This document shows, piece after piece, positions 26,776 through 35,671 of a DNA stretch of 64,000 nucleotides. Each line of letters opens with the position of its first letter. Within the stretch, counting starts at the first letter, position 1. The stretch is from an uncultured Clostridia bacterium (lineage in GTDB: Bacteria; Bacillota; Clostridia; Oscillospirales; CAG-272). Location: positions 5,118 through 69,117 of the forward strand of contig CALWQR010000002.1 of NCBI GenBank assembly GCA_944383705.1, given 5' to 3'. The position numbers were made by a program, and so were the translations under genes. The notes below the pieces were generated by a model. It was not told the origin of the DNA. It ran no database searches and was given only the letters and a program-made list of their open reading frames with translations.

Positions 26776-27693
26776 TCAGCCGGCGCCGTGGTGCTGCCGT
26801 GCGGCCTCTGCCAGAATCACGGCGGCGGCAGTGGACACGTTGAAGGAGTTGACCCTGCCGTACATCGGGATGGATACCGCCCCGTCGCAGACCCTGCGCA
26901 CCACCTTGGAAACGCCGTTCCCCTCGCTCCCCAGCACAATTGCGCAGGGACCGCTCAGGTCGGTGCCGTACAGGTTGGCCCCGTCGGCCTCGGCGGCGTA
27001 GACCCACACGCCGGCCTTTTTCAGCTGCTCCACGGTTGCGGCAATGTTGGACACCTTGGCAATGGCCAGATGCTCCACGGCTCCGGCCGAGGCCCGGGTC
27101 ACCAGCGGGGTCAGCCCCACGGCGCGCCGCTTGGGAATGATCAGCCCGTGCGCGCCGCAGCATTCGGCGCAGCGGATCACCGCGCCGAGATTGTAGGGGT
27201 CGGTGATGCCGTCGCACAGCACAATCAGGGGGGGCTCGCCCCGCCCGGCCGCCAGCTTCAGGATATCCTCTACGCCGCAGTATTCCTTTTCGGCCGCCAT
27301 GGCAATGACTCCCTGATGCGGGGCGTAGCCGGCCATGGCGTCCAGCTTGGCCTTTTCGGTTTCCACCACCGGGATGCCGCGCTCCAGCGCCTGCGCCACC
27401 AGCACCACAATCGAGCCGGTGCGCTCCCCGCGCTGTACCAGCAGCTTGTCCACCGGCCGCCCGGAGCGCAGCAGCTCGCGCACGGCGTTCCTGCCGATGA
27501 CGGCGCCGTTCTCGTAGTCACCGTGTATGCCGCTCCCGGCGTCCGGCAGCGGCTGCCGGACGGGGGCGGCGGATGTATCCCGGCGCGCCGGGGAGTGCCG
27601 CGTGGCGTCCGGGCGGCTCTGGGGCCGCTCCGGCCGGCGCTTGGGAGAGCGGGAGGGCGTCCCGCGGCGGTTTTGGTTCTGCTGAGATTCCAT
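26776..27693 (-). CDS. rlmB: 23S rRNA (guanosine-2'-O)-methyltransferase RlmB (SpoU/TrmH family) with a basic N-terminal extension
   Basis: GRNAVRELLRSGRPVDKLLVQ (SpoU substrate-binding domain), then the SpoU methylase motifs LIVLCDGITDPYNLGAVIR, AIVLGSEGNGVS and IPMYGRVNSFNVSTAAAV. Confidence 0.85.
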   Translation of the reverse strand: MESQQNQNRRGTPSRSPKRRPERPQSRPDATRHSPARRDTSAAPVRQPLPDAGSGIHGDYENGAVIGRNAVRELLRSGRPVDKLLVQRGERTGSIVVLVAQALERGIPVVETEKAKLDAMAGYAPHQGVIAMAAEKEYCGVEDILKLAAGRGEPPLIVLCDGITDPYNLGAVIRCAECCGAHGLIIPKRRAVGLTPLVTRASAGAVEHLAIAKVSNIAATVEQLKKAGVWVYAAEADGANLYGTDLSGPCAIVLGSEGNGVSKVVRRVCDGAVSIPMYGRVNSFNVSTAAAVILAEAARQHHGAG

Positions 27694-27746
27694 GGGTTGG
27701 TCCTTTCCGATGCCGGCCGGGCCGACAAAAAATGCATATCATCTAT

Positions 27747-27775
27747 ATTGTATCACAAATTTCCGTTTTTGTATA
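27747..27775 (-). promoter_or_regulatory. Candidate promoter for rlmB operon
   Basis: Minus strand reads TATACA, 17-nt spacer, TACAAT with TGa extended -10, inside a locally AT-rich patch. Confidence 0.4.
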
Positions 27776-27992
27776 GACCTTTTTGAAATTTATCTGCCCC
27801 GGAGCGCGAAAATCCTTCGACCGCCTCCGACGCATTGCCCGGAAATGCGGCCGAATCGCGCCCCGCGGCAGGAAAACCATGCCGGATGCCGCCCAAACCG
27901 GTCGAAGCCGGGCAGGCCACGTCGGCGGCGGGCAGAGGCCTGCGGAGGATTCCGCCTGCCGGAAAATTTTTCGGAAAAATCCGGAAAAGATA

Positions 27993-28021
27993 TTGACACG
28001 GTGTCAGAACTGTGCTATAAT
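27993..28021 (+). promoter_or_regulatory. Strong sigma-A-type promoter for the alcohol dehydrogenase / flavodoxin cluster
   Basis: TTGACA (27993-27998), 17-nt spacer, TATAAT (28016-28021) with TGc extended -10. Confidence 0.7.
27994..28006. promoter_or_regulatory. Operator-like palindrome O1 overlapping the -35 box
   Basis: TGACAC-G-GTGTCA, a perfect 13-bp palindrome. Confidence 0.55.
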
Positions 28022-28028
28022 ACAGATA

Positions 28029-28043
28029 CTGACATCGTGTCAG
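28029..28043. promoter_or_regulatory. Operator-like palindrome O2 just downstream of the -10 box
   Basis: CTGACA-TCG-TGTCAG, a perfect 15-bp palindrome with the same TGACA/TGTCA half-sites as O1. Confidence 0.55.
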
Positions 28044-28118
28044 AATGCAGGCGCAGGGGAAATTGCCCCCGCGGACGCATTCTGCGCACGCAAAACCAAT
28101 GATTGGAGGAACGGAACC

Positions 28119-29291
28119 ATGTTTGGCAATTTTACCTACTGCAACCCCACCAAGCTGTATTTCGGGGAGGACGCCCTGCAGGGGCTGCGCACCGAGCTGC
28201 CCCGGTACGGCGGAAATGTGCTGCTGATATACGGCGGCGGCTCCATCCGCAAAAACGGGATTTACGACGAGGTGCTCGCTCTGCTGCGGGAGGCCGGGAA
28301 AACCGTGACCGAGCTGCCCGGCGTGATGCCCAACCCCACCGTGGACAAGCTGTACGAGGGGGTGCGGCTTGCCCGCGAGAGCCGTGCGGAGCTCCTGCTG
28401 GCCGTGGGGGGCGGCTCGGTGTGCGATTACGCCAAGGCGCTCTCGGTTTCGGTCAACTGCCGGGAGGACCCGTGGGAGAAATACTATGTGCGGTTTGAGG
28501 AGCCGGACTGCCCGACCCTGCCTGTCGGCTGTGTGCTCACCATGGCGGGGACCGGCTCGGAGATGAACGCCGGCGCGGTCATCACCAATCCCGGAACCAA
28601 GCAGAAAATCGGACACGTGTTTGCGGACGAGCGCATCATGCCCCGCTTTGCCGTCCTCAATCCGCGCTACACCATGACCCTGCCGCACTACCAGATGGTA
28701 GCCGGCATTTACGATATTTTCAATCACATCTGCGAGCAGTACTTTTCGGGGGAGGACGACAGCACCAGCGATTATCTCAGCGAGGGGCTGATGCGCTCGG
28801 TGATTCATTCGGGCCGTCTTGCCAACCGCAACCCGCAGGACTACGAGGCGCGCAGCAACCTGATGTGGGCGGCCACCTGGGCGCTCAACACCCTGCTCTC
28901 ACGCGGCAAATCCACCGACTGGATGGTGCACATGCTGGGGCAGGCGGTGGGGGGCTACACCAACGCCACGCACGGCATGACCCTGGCCGCCGTGTCGCTG
29001 CCCTATTACCGGCACATTCTGCCGTACGGGGTGGAAAAATTCCGCCGCTTTGCCGTCCATGTCTGGGGAATTGACCCGGCCGGCAAAACCGATGCGCAGA
29101 CCGCCCAGGAGGGCCTGCAGGCGATGGAGAGCTGGATGCGCGAGCTGGGGCTGGTGATGAACACCTCGGACCTGGGCGTTACGCCCGGGATGCTGCCGGG
29201 CATTGCGGACGCCACCATTGTGATGGGGGGCGGCTACCGGCGGCTGGAGCGCGACGAGATTCTGGAGATTCTGAAGGAGAGTATGCAATGA
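28119..29291 (+). CDS. Iron-containing alcohol dehydrogenase (butanol dehydrogenase/YqhD-like)
   Basis: MFGNFTYCNPTKLYFGEDAL N-terminus, GGGSIRKNG, AVGGGSVCDYAK and HMLGQAVGGYTNATHG metal-site motifs. GGAGGA RBS. The upstream part of the ORF was not used. Confidence 0.85.
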   Translation: MFGNFTYCNPTKLYFGEDALQGLRTELPRYGGNVLLIYGGGSIRKNGIYDEVLALLREAGKTVTELPGVMPNPTVDKLYEGVRLARESRAELLLAVGGGSVCDYAKALSVSVNCREDPWEKYYVRFEEPDCPTLPVGCVLTMAGTGSEMNAGAVITNPGTKQKIGHVFADERIMPRFAVLNPRYTMTLPHYQMVAGIYDIFNHICEQYFSGEDDSTSDYLSEGLMRSVIHSGRLANRNPQDYEARSNLMWAATWALNTLLSRGKSTDWMVHMLGQAVGGYTNATHGMTLAAVSLPYYRHILPYGVEKFRRFAVHVWGIDPAGKTDAQTAQEGLQAMESWMRELGLVMNTSDLGVTPGMLPGIADATIVMGGGYRRLERDEILEILKESMQ

Positions 29292-29758
29292 GCGGCAGAA
29301 TTCTGGTTGCTTGGTTTTCGGCCGGCGGGGCGACTGCCCGCGTTGCCCGGGAGCTGGCAGAGGCCGTGGGGGCGGACCGGTACGAAATCCGCCCGGCGCA
29401 GCCCTATACCGCCGCGGACCTGGACTGGACCGACCGGAACAGCCGCAGCACCCGCGAGATGCAGGACCCGTCCTGCCGCCCGGCCCTGTCCGGCCCCTTG
29501 CCGGACCTGGGGCTGTACGGCACGGTGTTTGTCGGCTTTCCGGTATGGTGGGGCGTCGAGCCCCGGATTGTGGATACCTTTCTGGAGAGCGGTGATTTTT
29601 CGGGCAAGCGGATGGTTCCCTTTGCCACCTCCGGCGGCGGCATTGCCGGAGCGGAAAAGAGCCTGCGGGAGCACTGCCCCGCCGCCCGCTGGGAGCGGGG
29701 GCGGCTGCTGAGAGCGCCGGGCGGAGCCGAATGGGCCCGGCAGCTGTGCCGCGGCTGA
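29288..29758 (+). CDS. Flavodoxin-like protein (Flavodoxin_4 type)
   Basis: ILVAWFSAGGATARVAREL...YEIRPAQPYTAADLDW...FVGFPVWWG pattern. The start overlaps the adh stop (ATGA). Confidence 0.8.
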   Translation: MSGRILVAWFSAGGATARVARELAEAVGADRYEIRPAQPYTAADLDWTDRNSRSTREMQDPSCRPALSGPLPDLGLYGTVFVGFPVWWGVEPRIVDTFLESGDFSGKRMVPFATSGGGIAGAEKSLREHCPAARWERGRLLRAPGGAEWARQLCRG

Positions 29759-29810
29759 GCGCCGCCCGGCAGGCACTGCCTGCCGGGCGGGCGGGAAGGG
29801 AGGTGCGGAG

Positions 29811-30479
29811 ATGCCACGCGGATCGGAGCAACTGACACAGGCCAGGAAGGAGGAGATTGTCAGCGCCTGCGCCTCGCTGTACGGCCGGCTGGATTTCCGG
29901 GACGTCACGATTCTGCGCATTGCGGAGCAGACCTCCTTTACCCGCACCTCCATCTACAATTATTTTCAGACCAAGGAGGAAATTTTCCTGGCCCTGCTGC
30001 AGCGGGAGTACGAGACCTGGATTTCGGATCTTGCCGCCATGCGCCCTGTCCCGGGCCGGCCGCCCGTCTCCGACTTTGCCGCTGCGCTGGCCCGCACGCT
30101 GGCCCCGCGCGGGTGCATGCTCAAGCTGCTGTCCATGAACCTGTACGACATGGAGCGCAGCAGCCGCGTGGAGAACCTGGTGGCCTTCAAAGCCGTGTAC
30201 GCCCGGGCACTGCGGGCGGTGGAGGAGGGGCTGCTCCGCTTTTTCCCGGATCTGTCCGCGGGGGCGCGGCAGACCTTTCTGTACGCCTTTTTCCCGTTTC
30301 TGTTTGGGGTATACCCCTACACAACGGCAACCGACAAGCAGCGCCGGGCCATGGAGCAGGCAAAGGTGCCGGCCGTCCGGTACACCATCGGGGAACTGGT
30401 CCGCTCGTTTGCCGGGCCGTTGCTGCGCGGGCTGACCGGGACGTCCGCCGCCGAGGAAGGCCGGAGAGGAGAGGAATGA
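29811..30479 (+). CDS. TetR/AcrR-family transcriptional regulator
   Basis: HTH: FRDVTILRIAEQTSFTRTSIYNYFQTKEEIFLALL. GAGGTG RBS. Confidence 0.85.
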   Translation: MPRGSEQLTQARKEEIVSACASLYGRLDFRDVTILRIAEQTSFTRTSIYNYFQTKEEIFLALLQREYETWISDLAAMRPVPGRPPVSDFAAALARTLAPRGCMLKLLSMNLYDMERSSRVENLVAFKAVYARALRAVEEGLLRFFPDLSAGARQTFLYAFFPFLFGVYPYTTATDKQRRAMEQAKVPAVRYTIGELVRSFAGPLLRGLTGTSAAEEGRRGEE

Positions 30480-30483
30480 CGCC

Positions 30484-31140
30484 ATGAAACATGCAATCAG
30501 GCAGGCGCTGTGCCTGCTGACGGTCCTGGCCCTGCTGGCCGGCGCCGCCGCCTGCACTCCCGGGCCGGAGCCTTCGGCCGGGAGCGGCGGAACGGCGGGG
30601 AATGCTCCGGCAATCCCGGACGGCGCCGGCGGCGGGCAGGAGAATACGGGCGGAGGAGAGCCCGGCGGAACGGTGCTGGTGGCGTATTTTTCGGCCACCG
30701 GAAATACCCGCAGGGTCGCGCAGCGGCTGGCCGCCGTCACCGGCGGGGATCTGTACGAAATTCAGCCGGCGGAGCCCTACACCGAGGCCGACCTGGACTA
30801 CGGCAATCCGCAAAGCCGTTCCTCGCTGGAGATGAACGACCCGGATGCCCGCCCGGCCATCGGCAGCCCGCTGCCGGCACTGCAGGGCTATACCACGGTT
30901 TACCTCGGCTATCCCATCTGGCACGGACAGGCTCCCCGCATTCTGTGTACCTTTGTGGAGAACTGCGCGCTGGAGGGGGTGACGGTGATCCCGTTCTGCA
31001 CCTCGGGCGGCAGCGGCATCGGGAACAGCGCCGGGTTGCTGGAGGAGCTGGCCGGCGGCGGCAGATGGCTCCCGGGCAGGCACTTTGCGCAGGATGTAAC
31101 CGACGCCGCCCTGCTGGAGTGGGTCGGCAGTCTGGCGTAG
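30484..31140 (+). CDS. Flavodoxin-like lipoprotein (lipobox signal peptide plus Flavodoxin_4 domain)
   Basis: MKHAIRQALCLLTVLALLAGAAAC has a lipobox (LAGAAAC). A Gly-rich linker follows, then VLVAYFSATGNTRRVAQRL...YEIQPAEPYTEADLDY...YLGYPIWHG, paralogous to 29288-29758. Confidence 0.8.
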   Translation: MKHAIRQALCLLTVLALLAGAAACTPGPEPSAGSGGTAGNAPAIPDGAGGGQENTGGGEPGGTVLVAYFSATGNTRRVAQRLAAVTGGDLYEIQPAEPYTEADLDYGNPQSRSSLEMNDPDARPAIGSPLPALQGYTTVYLGYPIWHGQAPRILCTFVENCALEGVTVIPFCTSGGSGIGNSAGLLEELAGGGRWLPGRHFAQDVTDAALLEWVGSLA

Positions 31141-31246
31141 CCCGATGGAAAAGAACGCCCGGTGCGGGTCTTCCTGTATCGGGGCAGCCCAACCGGCAGG
31201 GCCCCCGGCCGCCTCTTGTTCTGCCGGGGCCGGGAGGACGGATACG

Positions 31247-31296
31247 AACGGCGGAGCCGCGCCGATGCATGATCGCATCGGCGTGGCTCCGCCGTT
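31247..31296. terminator. Long hairpin between convergent genes (bidirectional terminator candidate)
   Basis: AACGGCGGAGCCGCGCCGATGC-ATGATC-GCATCGGCGTGGCTCCGCCGTT, a 22-bp stem with one G-U position, followed by CTGTGTTTCGGTTT. Confidence 0.6.
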
Positions 31297-31327
31297 CTGT
31301 GTTTCGGTTTGGCCCGCAGCGTGGGCG

Positions 31328-31810
31328 TCAGTCGCTCCATACGGCCCGGTATCCGTCGGCCCGGCTCCCGGTAATCGTCAGATGACGGGATTCGCCGAAG
31401 TGCGCTTCCCATGAAATCGGATTGATATATCTAGTGATGTCCTCCGGATAGATATTTTCAAAATTCGGATCCACATATTCCGTGATGATTCTGAACTGTA
31501 TCCGCAAATCCACCGTATCCGCAGCGCTGCCCAGCGCCTCCCGTTCCCAAACAATCACGTTTTCGGAATCCCGACCGATGGGCGACCGGTCCGCGTTTGA
31601 GATGCCGCCGCTGAATGCGCGGCCGTCCGCGCGGTAATCATAAACCAACAGCCCGATATCTTCTTCTGTCCGCAGCCGTACATGCAGTGCAATTTCATTG
31701 TCGGCCGGTGTGTACTCGCCGGGGAACAGGAATCTGAAAAGCAGAAAGCCCAATCCCAGCGCAGCTACCACCGCAACCGCAATTCCGACCCCGATTCTGG
31801 TTTTACTCAT
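31328..31810 (-). CDS. Hypothetical membrane-anchored protein (single N-terminal TM)
   Basis: MSKTRIGVGIAVAVVAALGLGFLLFRFLF TM anchor. Its start overlaps the GDPD stop by 8 nt (translational coupling). Confidence 0.6.
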   Translation of the reverse strand: MSKTRIGVGIAVAVVAALGLGFLLFRFLFPGEYTPADNEIALHVRLRTEEDIGLLVYDYRADGRAFSGGISNADRSPIGRDSENVIVWEREALGSAADTVDLRIQFRIITEYVDPNFENIYPEDITRYINPISWEAHFGESRHLTITGSRADGYRAVWSD

Positions 31811-32663
31811 GCCGTCCCGCGGGTTTCTGCTTGAAGTACCGTCCGGTTTCCTTCAGGTATCCAATCAGCATCTGGGGCCAGTCGGTCTGAATCAGGTCAA
31901 AGCCGCGGTCGGCCAGCCAGCCCCAGCCGCGGTCCATGGATTCGGACAGCGCGGTGTCGTCCGAATGCCCGGCGCTGAGCTGCCGCCGGCAGTCAAAGAT
32001 GATGGAGTTGACCCACACCAGCTTGCCGTCGCGATGCATCATGTCGAGAAAGGCCGGGGAGGCCACCTCGTCGTCATCGGTGTCAAACAGCACCTCGGCC
32101 CCCACATAGCGGATGCCCGAGCGCATCAGCTCCCCGTGCAGCGGATGCGTGCGGCCGACAATCGGCATAAAGGCCAGCTCGGGCGCCAGCTCGCGCAGCA
32201 TCCGGAGCACGGTCTCGTTCGGGTCGGACTTGACTACAATCTGGTCCAGCATATTGTGCCGCTTGATGGCGCGGTAGATGGCCTCGGGGTGATCCCAGAA
32301 CTTGTCCACATTGATGTAGCAGCGGCCGCGGAAGGTCTCGAGCAGGTCGTCAAAGGGCACAATGCCGAACTGCGTCGGGGTGCGGTCGTAGTTCCGGTAG
32401 CGAAGCGCGCGGATCTCCTCAAAGGTCATCTGTGGCAGTCGCCGGTCGGTCAGGCCGAGGTGGTGCGGCTCCTCCCCGGGGTGGAAGACCACGAGAACGC
32501 CGTCCGAGCTGATGCTCACATCGGTTTCAATCATGTCCGCCCCCTGCTTCAGGGCGGTTTCATAGGCGGTTATGGTGTTGCAGGGAATGTTGCCGCCGGC
32601 CACTCCCCGGTGTGCCACCACCAGTATTTTTTCGCTGGCGGCCTGGTGCAAATCGAATTTCAT
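31803..32663 (-). CDS. Glycerophosphodiester phosphodiesterase family protein
   Basis: VVAHRGVAGGNIPCNTITAYETALKQGADMIETDV (HR...E.D GDPD motif). GAAAGGA RBS precedes ATG 32663. Confidence 0.85.
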   Translation of the reverse strand: MKFDLHQAASEKILVVAHRGVAGGNIPCNTITAYETALKQGADMIETDVSISSDGVLVVFHPGEEPHHLGLTDRRLPQMTFEEIRALRYRNYDRTPTQFGIVPFDDLLETFRGRCYINVDKFWDHPEAIYRAIKRHNMLDQIVVKSDPNETVLRMLRELAPELAFMPIVGRTHPLHGELMRSGIRYVGAEVLFDTDDDEVASPAFLDMMHRDGKLVWVNSIIFDCRRQLSAGHSDDTALSESMDRGWGWLADRGFDLIQTDWPQMLIGYLKETGRYFKQKPAGRHE

Positions 32664-32738
32664 GAGTATAGTCCTTTCTTTGAACTCCCATCCCGGCACC
32701 GGCCGGGGCGGGGAAATGATGTTGGTGTGATTCTGCCG

Positions 32739-33188
32739 TTATCTGACGCCGGTATGCCCGAAGCCTCCGTCGCCCCGCTCGGTTTCATCCAGTTCCTCGC
32801 ATACCAGAAAACCGGCGTGGTGCACCGGCAGGAACAGCATCTGTGCGATGCGGTCGCCTCGTGCGACCGTAAAGGGCCGGTCGCCGCGGTTGATCAGCCC
32901 CACCTGAATCTCCCCCCGGTAATCCGAATCAATCACACCGATGCCGTTGGAGAGCGACACGCCGTGCTTGACCCCGAGACCGCTCCGCCCGGCAATCACG
33001 GCCACCACATCGGGGCTCCCGGGGGAAATGGCAATGCCGGTGGGAATCAGCGCCCGCTCTCCGGGCTGCAGCACCAGCTCGGCGCCCTCGTCCAGCGCTG
33101 CGCGCAGGTCCACTGCTGCGGCGCCTGCCGTGGCGTATTCCGGCGCGGTCATGCCGCGCGAGAGCTTGATTCTGACCTGAATGTTCAT
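32739..33188 (-). CDS. dut: dUTP diphosphatase
   Basis: AGRSGLGVKHGV, GVIDSDYRGEI and the C-terminal RGDGGFGHTG motifs of trimeric dUTPases. Confidence 0.9.
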   Translation of the reverse strand: MNIQVRIKLSRGMTAPEYATAGAAAVDLRAALDEGAELVLQPGERALIPTGIAISPGSPDVVAVIAGRSGLGVKHGVSLSNGIGVIDSDYRGEIQVGLINRGDRPFTVARGDRIAQMLFLPVHHAGFLVCEELDETERGDGGFGHTGVR

Positions 33189-33295
33189 CCTGTTATCCTT
33201 TTGTGATCCTTTCCGTTGCCGGGGCGGCCGTCCGCCGCGCGCCGGCTGCTCTTTGCGGCGCCGGGGCAGGGGAGTGCCCCGCTCCGGCGCTGCGG

Positions 33296-35377
33296 TCAGT
33301 GTATCGGCGTCCCTTCGGGCACGCTGTCATCCACAAACACAATCTGGCAGCCGCAGGCATTGTTGGTGGCGGCCAGCAGCATCCCCTGCGAGTTGATGTT
33401 GCAGATGCGGTTGGGCTTGAGGTTGGCAATGACAATGATTTTGCGCCCCACCAGCATCTCGGGCGTGTACTCGGCCTTGATCGAGGACATGATGACCCGT
33501 TCGCCGAGCCCGTCGGCCAGCGTAAGTTTGAGGCAGGAGTGGGATTTGCGCACCGGCTCGGCCCGGAGCACCCGGCAGACGCGCAGGTCCAGCTTCTGGA
33601 AATCCTCCATCACCACCTGCTCCTTCACGGGCGGGACCGGGTCCGGCTCGCCGCGCGGCGCCGCAGGCGCCGGGGCGGGGCAGGCCTCGGATGCGGACTG
33701 CCCCGGCGCGTCCGCAGCCTCTGCTGCGGCGGCTTCGGCCGCCCGCTCCTGCTCGGTCTGCGGGTAGGAAAAGTCCAGCAGCTCCACATACCGTGCGGGG
33801 TCGATGGCGTAGAGGAACAGGTAGAGCCGCGGCCCCTGCTCCCGGTCCAGCAGCAGCCGGTAGACCGCGCGGAAAAAGGCACTCTGCACGCCGCGCAGCT
33901 CCCGGCTCCCGTCCAGCTGCGGCCAGACCTGCTTGGGAATGTCGTAGAGCATGGTGTTCAGCCCGTCCAGGTCGTACCCGCCCCTGGCAATGCCGTCATG
34001 CAGCAGGGCAACGGCGCGCCGTTCCTCCTCGCTCAGGGTGTTGTATACCGTCCAGTTGCGGGTGGTGCGCAGACGGTTGACCTGATCCGGCGCGCACTGC
34101 TCCAGCCAGTACTTCGCGCGCTCCAGCCGGTCGGCAAACTGCGCGTAGGTGTAGGGCGTGCCGAGCTTGCGGAAGACGGTTTCCAGCATGGGAACCTGAA
34201 AATCCACAATCGAGCCCAGCTGCACCAGCAGGCTCATGGGTACGGTTTCCACGGTCCTGCCTTCAATCAGGCAGTTGTACATAATGGCCTGCACCGCCTC
34301 GGTTGCCCGGCCGGCGCGGCAGTCGTTGAGCATTTTGTCAAACTCGAAATACTGGCGCAGAATGCCGTCGTCAAAGCAGAAGTCAAAGGCCTTGTTCGGC
34401 TCGGTTTTGGAGTAGAGCCACAGAATCACCTCGGGCTGATAGAGCTTCAGCAGCGTGGCCGGCGTGAGATTGAGGCCGGAGGAGCCCGACATTTTGCCGG
34501 TCATGCCCTTGATGCCGATGAACTCGTAGCCCTGGAACAGCGGAGGCCGGTAGCCGAAAATCCGTTCGGATATGACCTTGCCGTTGGAGTAGGAGCCGGT
34601 GGGGGCGGCGTGGTCCTTTCCGCCCGGCTCAAAATCGACCTGCTCGTATCTCCAGCGCATGGGCCAGTCCACCTTCCAGCCCAGCTTGCAGTTGAAGTTG
34701 GTGGGGAAGTGAAAGGTCCCGCTGTGCCCGCAGCGGCAGGTGTATTCCGCCGTGGTACAGTCGTCCGAAAGCCGGGTAATCGTAGTGAAGTCGGTGTGGC
34801 ACTCCGGGCAGAAAATGCTGACGGGGTAGTAGCTTTTCCGCTCCTCCTCCCGCTCGGCCGCCAGCTGCTCGGGGGTTTTGTCCGGGTCCTTGGTTTTGAA
34901 GGAATCCAGAATGTCGAAAATCTCCCCGCGCTTGCGCAGTGCCTCCAGGATATCCTTTGTGTAGGCGCCCGCGCGGTAGAGCTTTGCCTGGTAGCGGCAG
35001 TCCATCTCAATGCCGAACTGCTGCATAGCGTCCAGAAATTCCTCCTCAAAATGCGCGGCAAAGCTCTCGTGGCAGCCCCAGGGGTCGGGGATGTCCACAT
35101 AGGGGCAGCCGATATATTTGTCGTAGCTGTCCCCCACAACCTCCCGGACATTCGCGGGAATTTTGCGGCAGCGGTCAAACTCGTCAAAGGAGAACAGCAG
35201 CCGGGCCTTTTTGCCCATTTTGCGCAGTGCCCTGACCACAAACAGCGGGGTGGCCACATCCCGGAAATTGCCGATGTGAATCGACCCGGAGGGGCTGATG
35301 CCCGCGGCACAGACGTATTCTTCCTTATCCGGGTTGCGCTCGATGATGCGCTGCGCGATTTCTTCCGACCAATGCAT
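33296..35377 (-). CDS. lysK: Class I lysyl-tRNA synthetase with a C-terminal Trbp111/EMAP-like tRNA-binding domain
   Basis: Class I signature SPSGSIHIGNFRDV (HIGH-like) and GKMSGSSG (KMSKS-like). Zn-type CPECH...CRCGH. An Ala/Pro-rich linker precedes DFQKLDLRVCRVLRAEPV...SSIKAEYTPEMLVGRKIIVIANLKP (OB-fold tRNA-binding domain). Confidence 0.85.
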   Translation of the reverse strand: MHWSEEIAQRIIERNPDKEEYVCAAGISPSGSIHIGNFRDVATPLFVVRALRKMGKKARLLFSFDEFDRCRKIPANVREVVGDSYDKYIGCPYVDIPDPWGCHESFAAHFEEEFLDAMQQFGIEMDCRYQAKLYRAGAYTKDILEALRKRGEIFDILDSFKTKDPDKTPEQLAAEREEERKSYYPVSIFCPECHTDFTTITRLSDDCTTAEYTCRCGHSGTFHFPTNFNCKLGWKVDWPMRWRYEQVDFEPGGKDHAAPTGSYSNGKVISERIFGYRPPLFQGYEFIGIKGMTGKMSGSSGLNLTPATLLKLYQPEVILWLYSKTEPNKAFDFCFDDGILRQYFEFDKMLNDCRAGRATEAVQAIMYNCLIEGRTVETVPMSLLVQLGSIVDFQVPMLETVFRKLGTPYTYAQFADRLERAKYWLEQCAPDQVNRLRTTRNWTVYNTLSEEERRAVALLHDGIARGGYDLDGLNTMLYDIPKQVWPQLDGSRELRGVQSAFFRAVYRLLLDREQGPRLYLFLYAIDPARYVELLDFSYPQTEQERAAEAAAAEAADAPGQSASEACPAPAPAAPRGEPDPVPPVKEQVVMEDFQKLDLRVCRVLRAEPVRKSHSCLKLTLADGLGERVIMSSIKAEYTPEMLVGRKIIVIANLKPNRICNINSQGMLLAATNNACGCQIVFVDDSVPEGTPIH

Positions 35378-35419
35378 GTTTTCATCCTCTTTTTTATCCA
35401 GATTCGCAATTGCCCATAC

Positions 35420-35448
35420 ATTTTACCATATTTTGCGCCGTTTGTCAA
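35420..35448 (-). promoter_or_regulatory. Sigma-A-type promoter for lysK
   Basis: Minus strand reads TTGACA, 17-nt spacer, TAAAAT with TGg extended -10. The leader to the ATG is only about 40 nt. Confidence 0.6.
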
Positions 35449-35609
35449 TCGCGGTGCGAAAGAATTTTGCGCCGGTTTCGTCCGGTTTGGCGCTTTGACC
35501 GTCTTTGCCGGGGAGAAGGAAACACGCGCCTCCTGTTTCTCGTATAAACTGACAATTGTATTCGATTCTGATTTGTAAATTTTTGTTCATCATTTTTCCC
35601 CGGAATGTA

Positions 35610-35638
35610 TTGACAAAAATGAAGAAAGGGTGTATAAT
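35610..35638 (+). promoter_or_regulatory. Sigma-A-type promoter for the 534-aa membrane protein gene
   Basis: TTGACA (35610-35615), 17-nt spacer, TATAAT (35633-35638). Confidence 0.6.
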
Positions 35639-35671
35639 TGACAAAAATAAATCATTTTCATGGAGGATGTT

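Noticed and set aside
35378-35600. T-box or lysine riboswitch upstream of the lysyl-tRNA synthetase gene
   Set aside because: A consensus promoter sits only about 40 nt upstream of the ATG. No specifier hairpin, T-box sequence or L-box elements are visible. The rest of the spacer belongs to the divergent promoter region.
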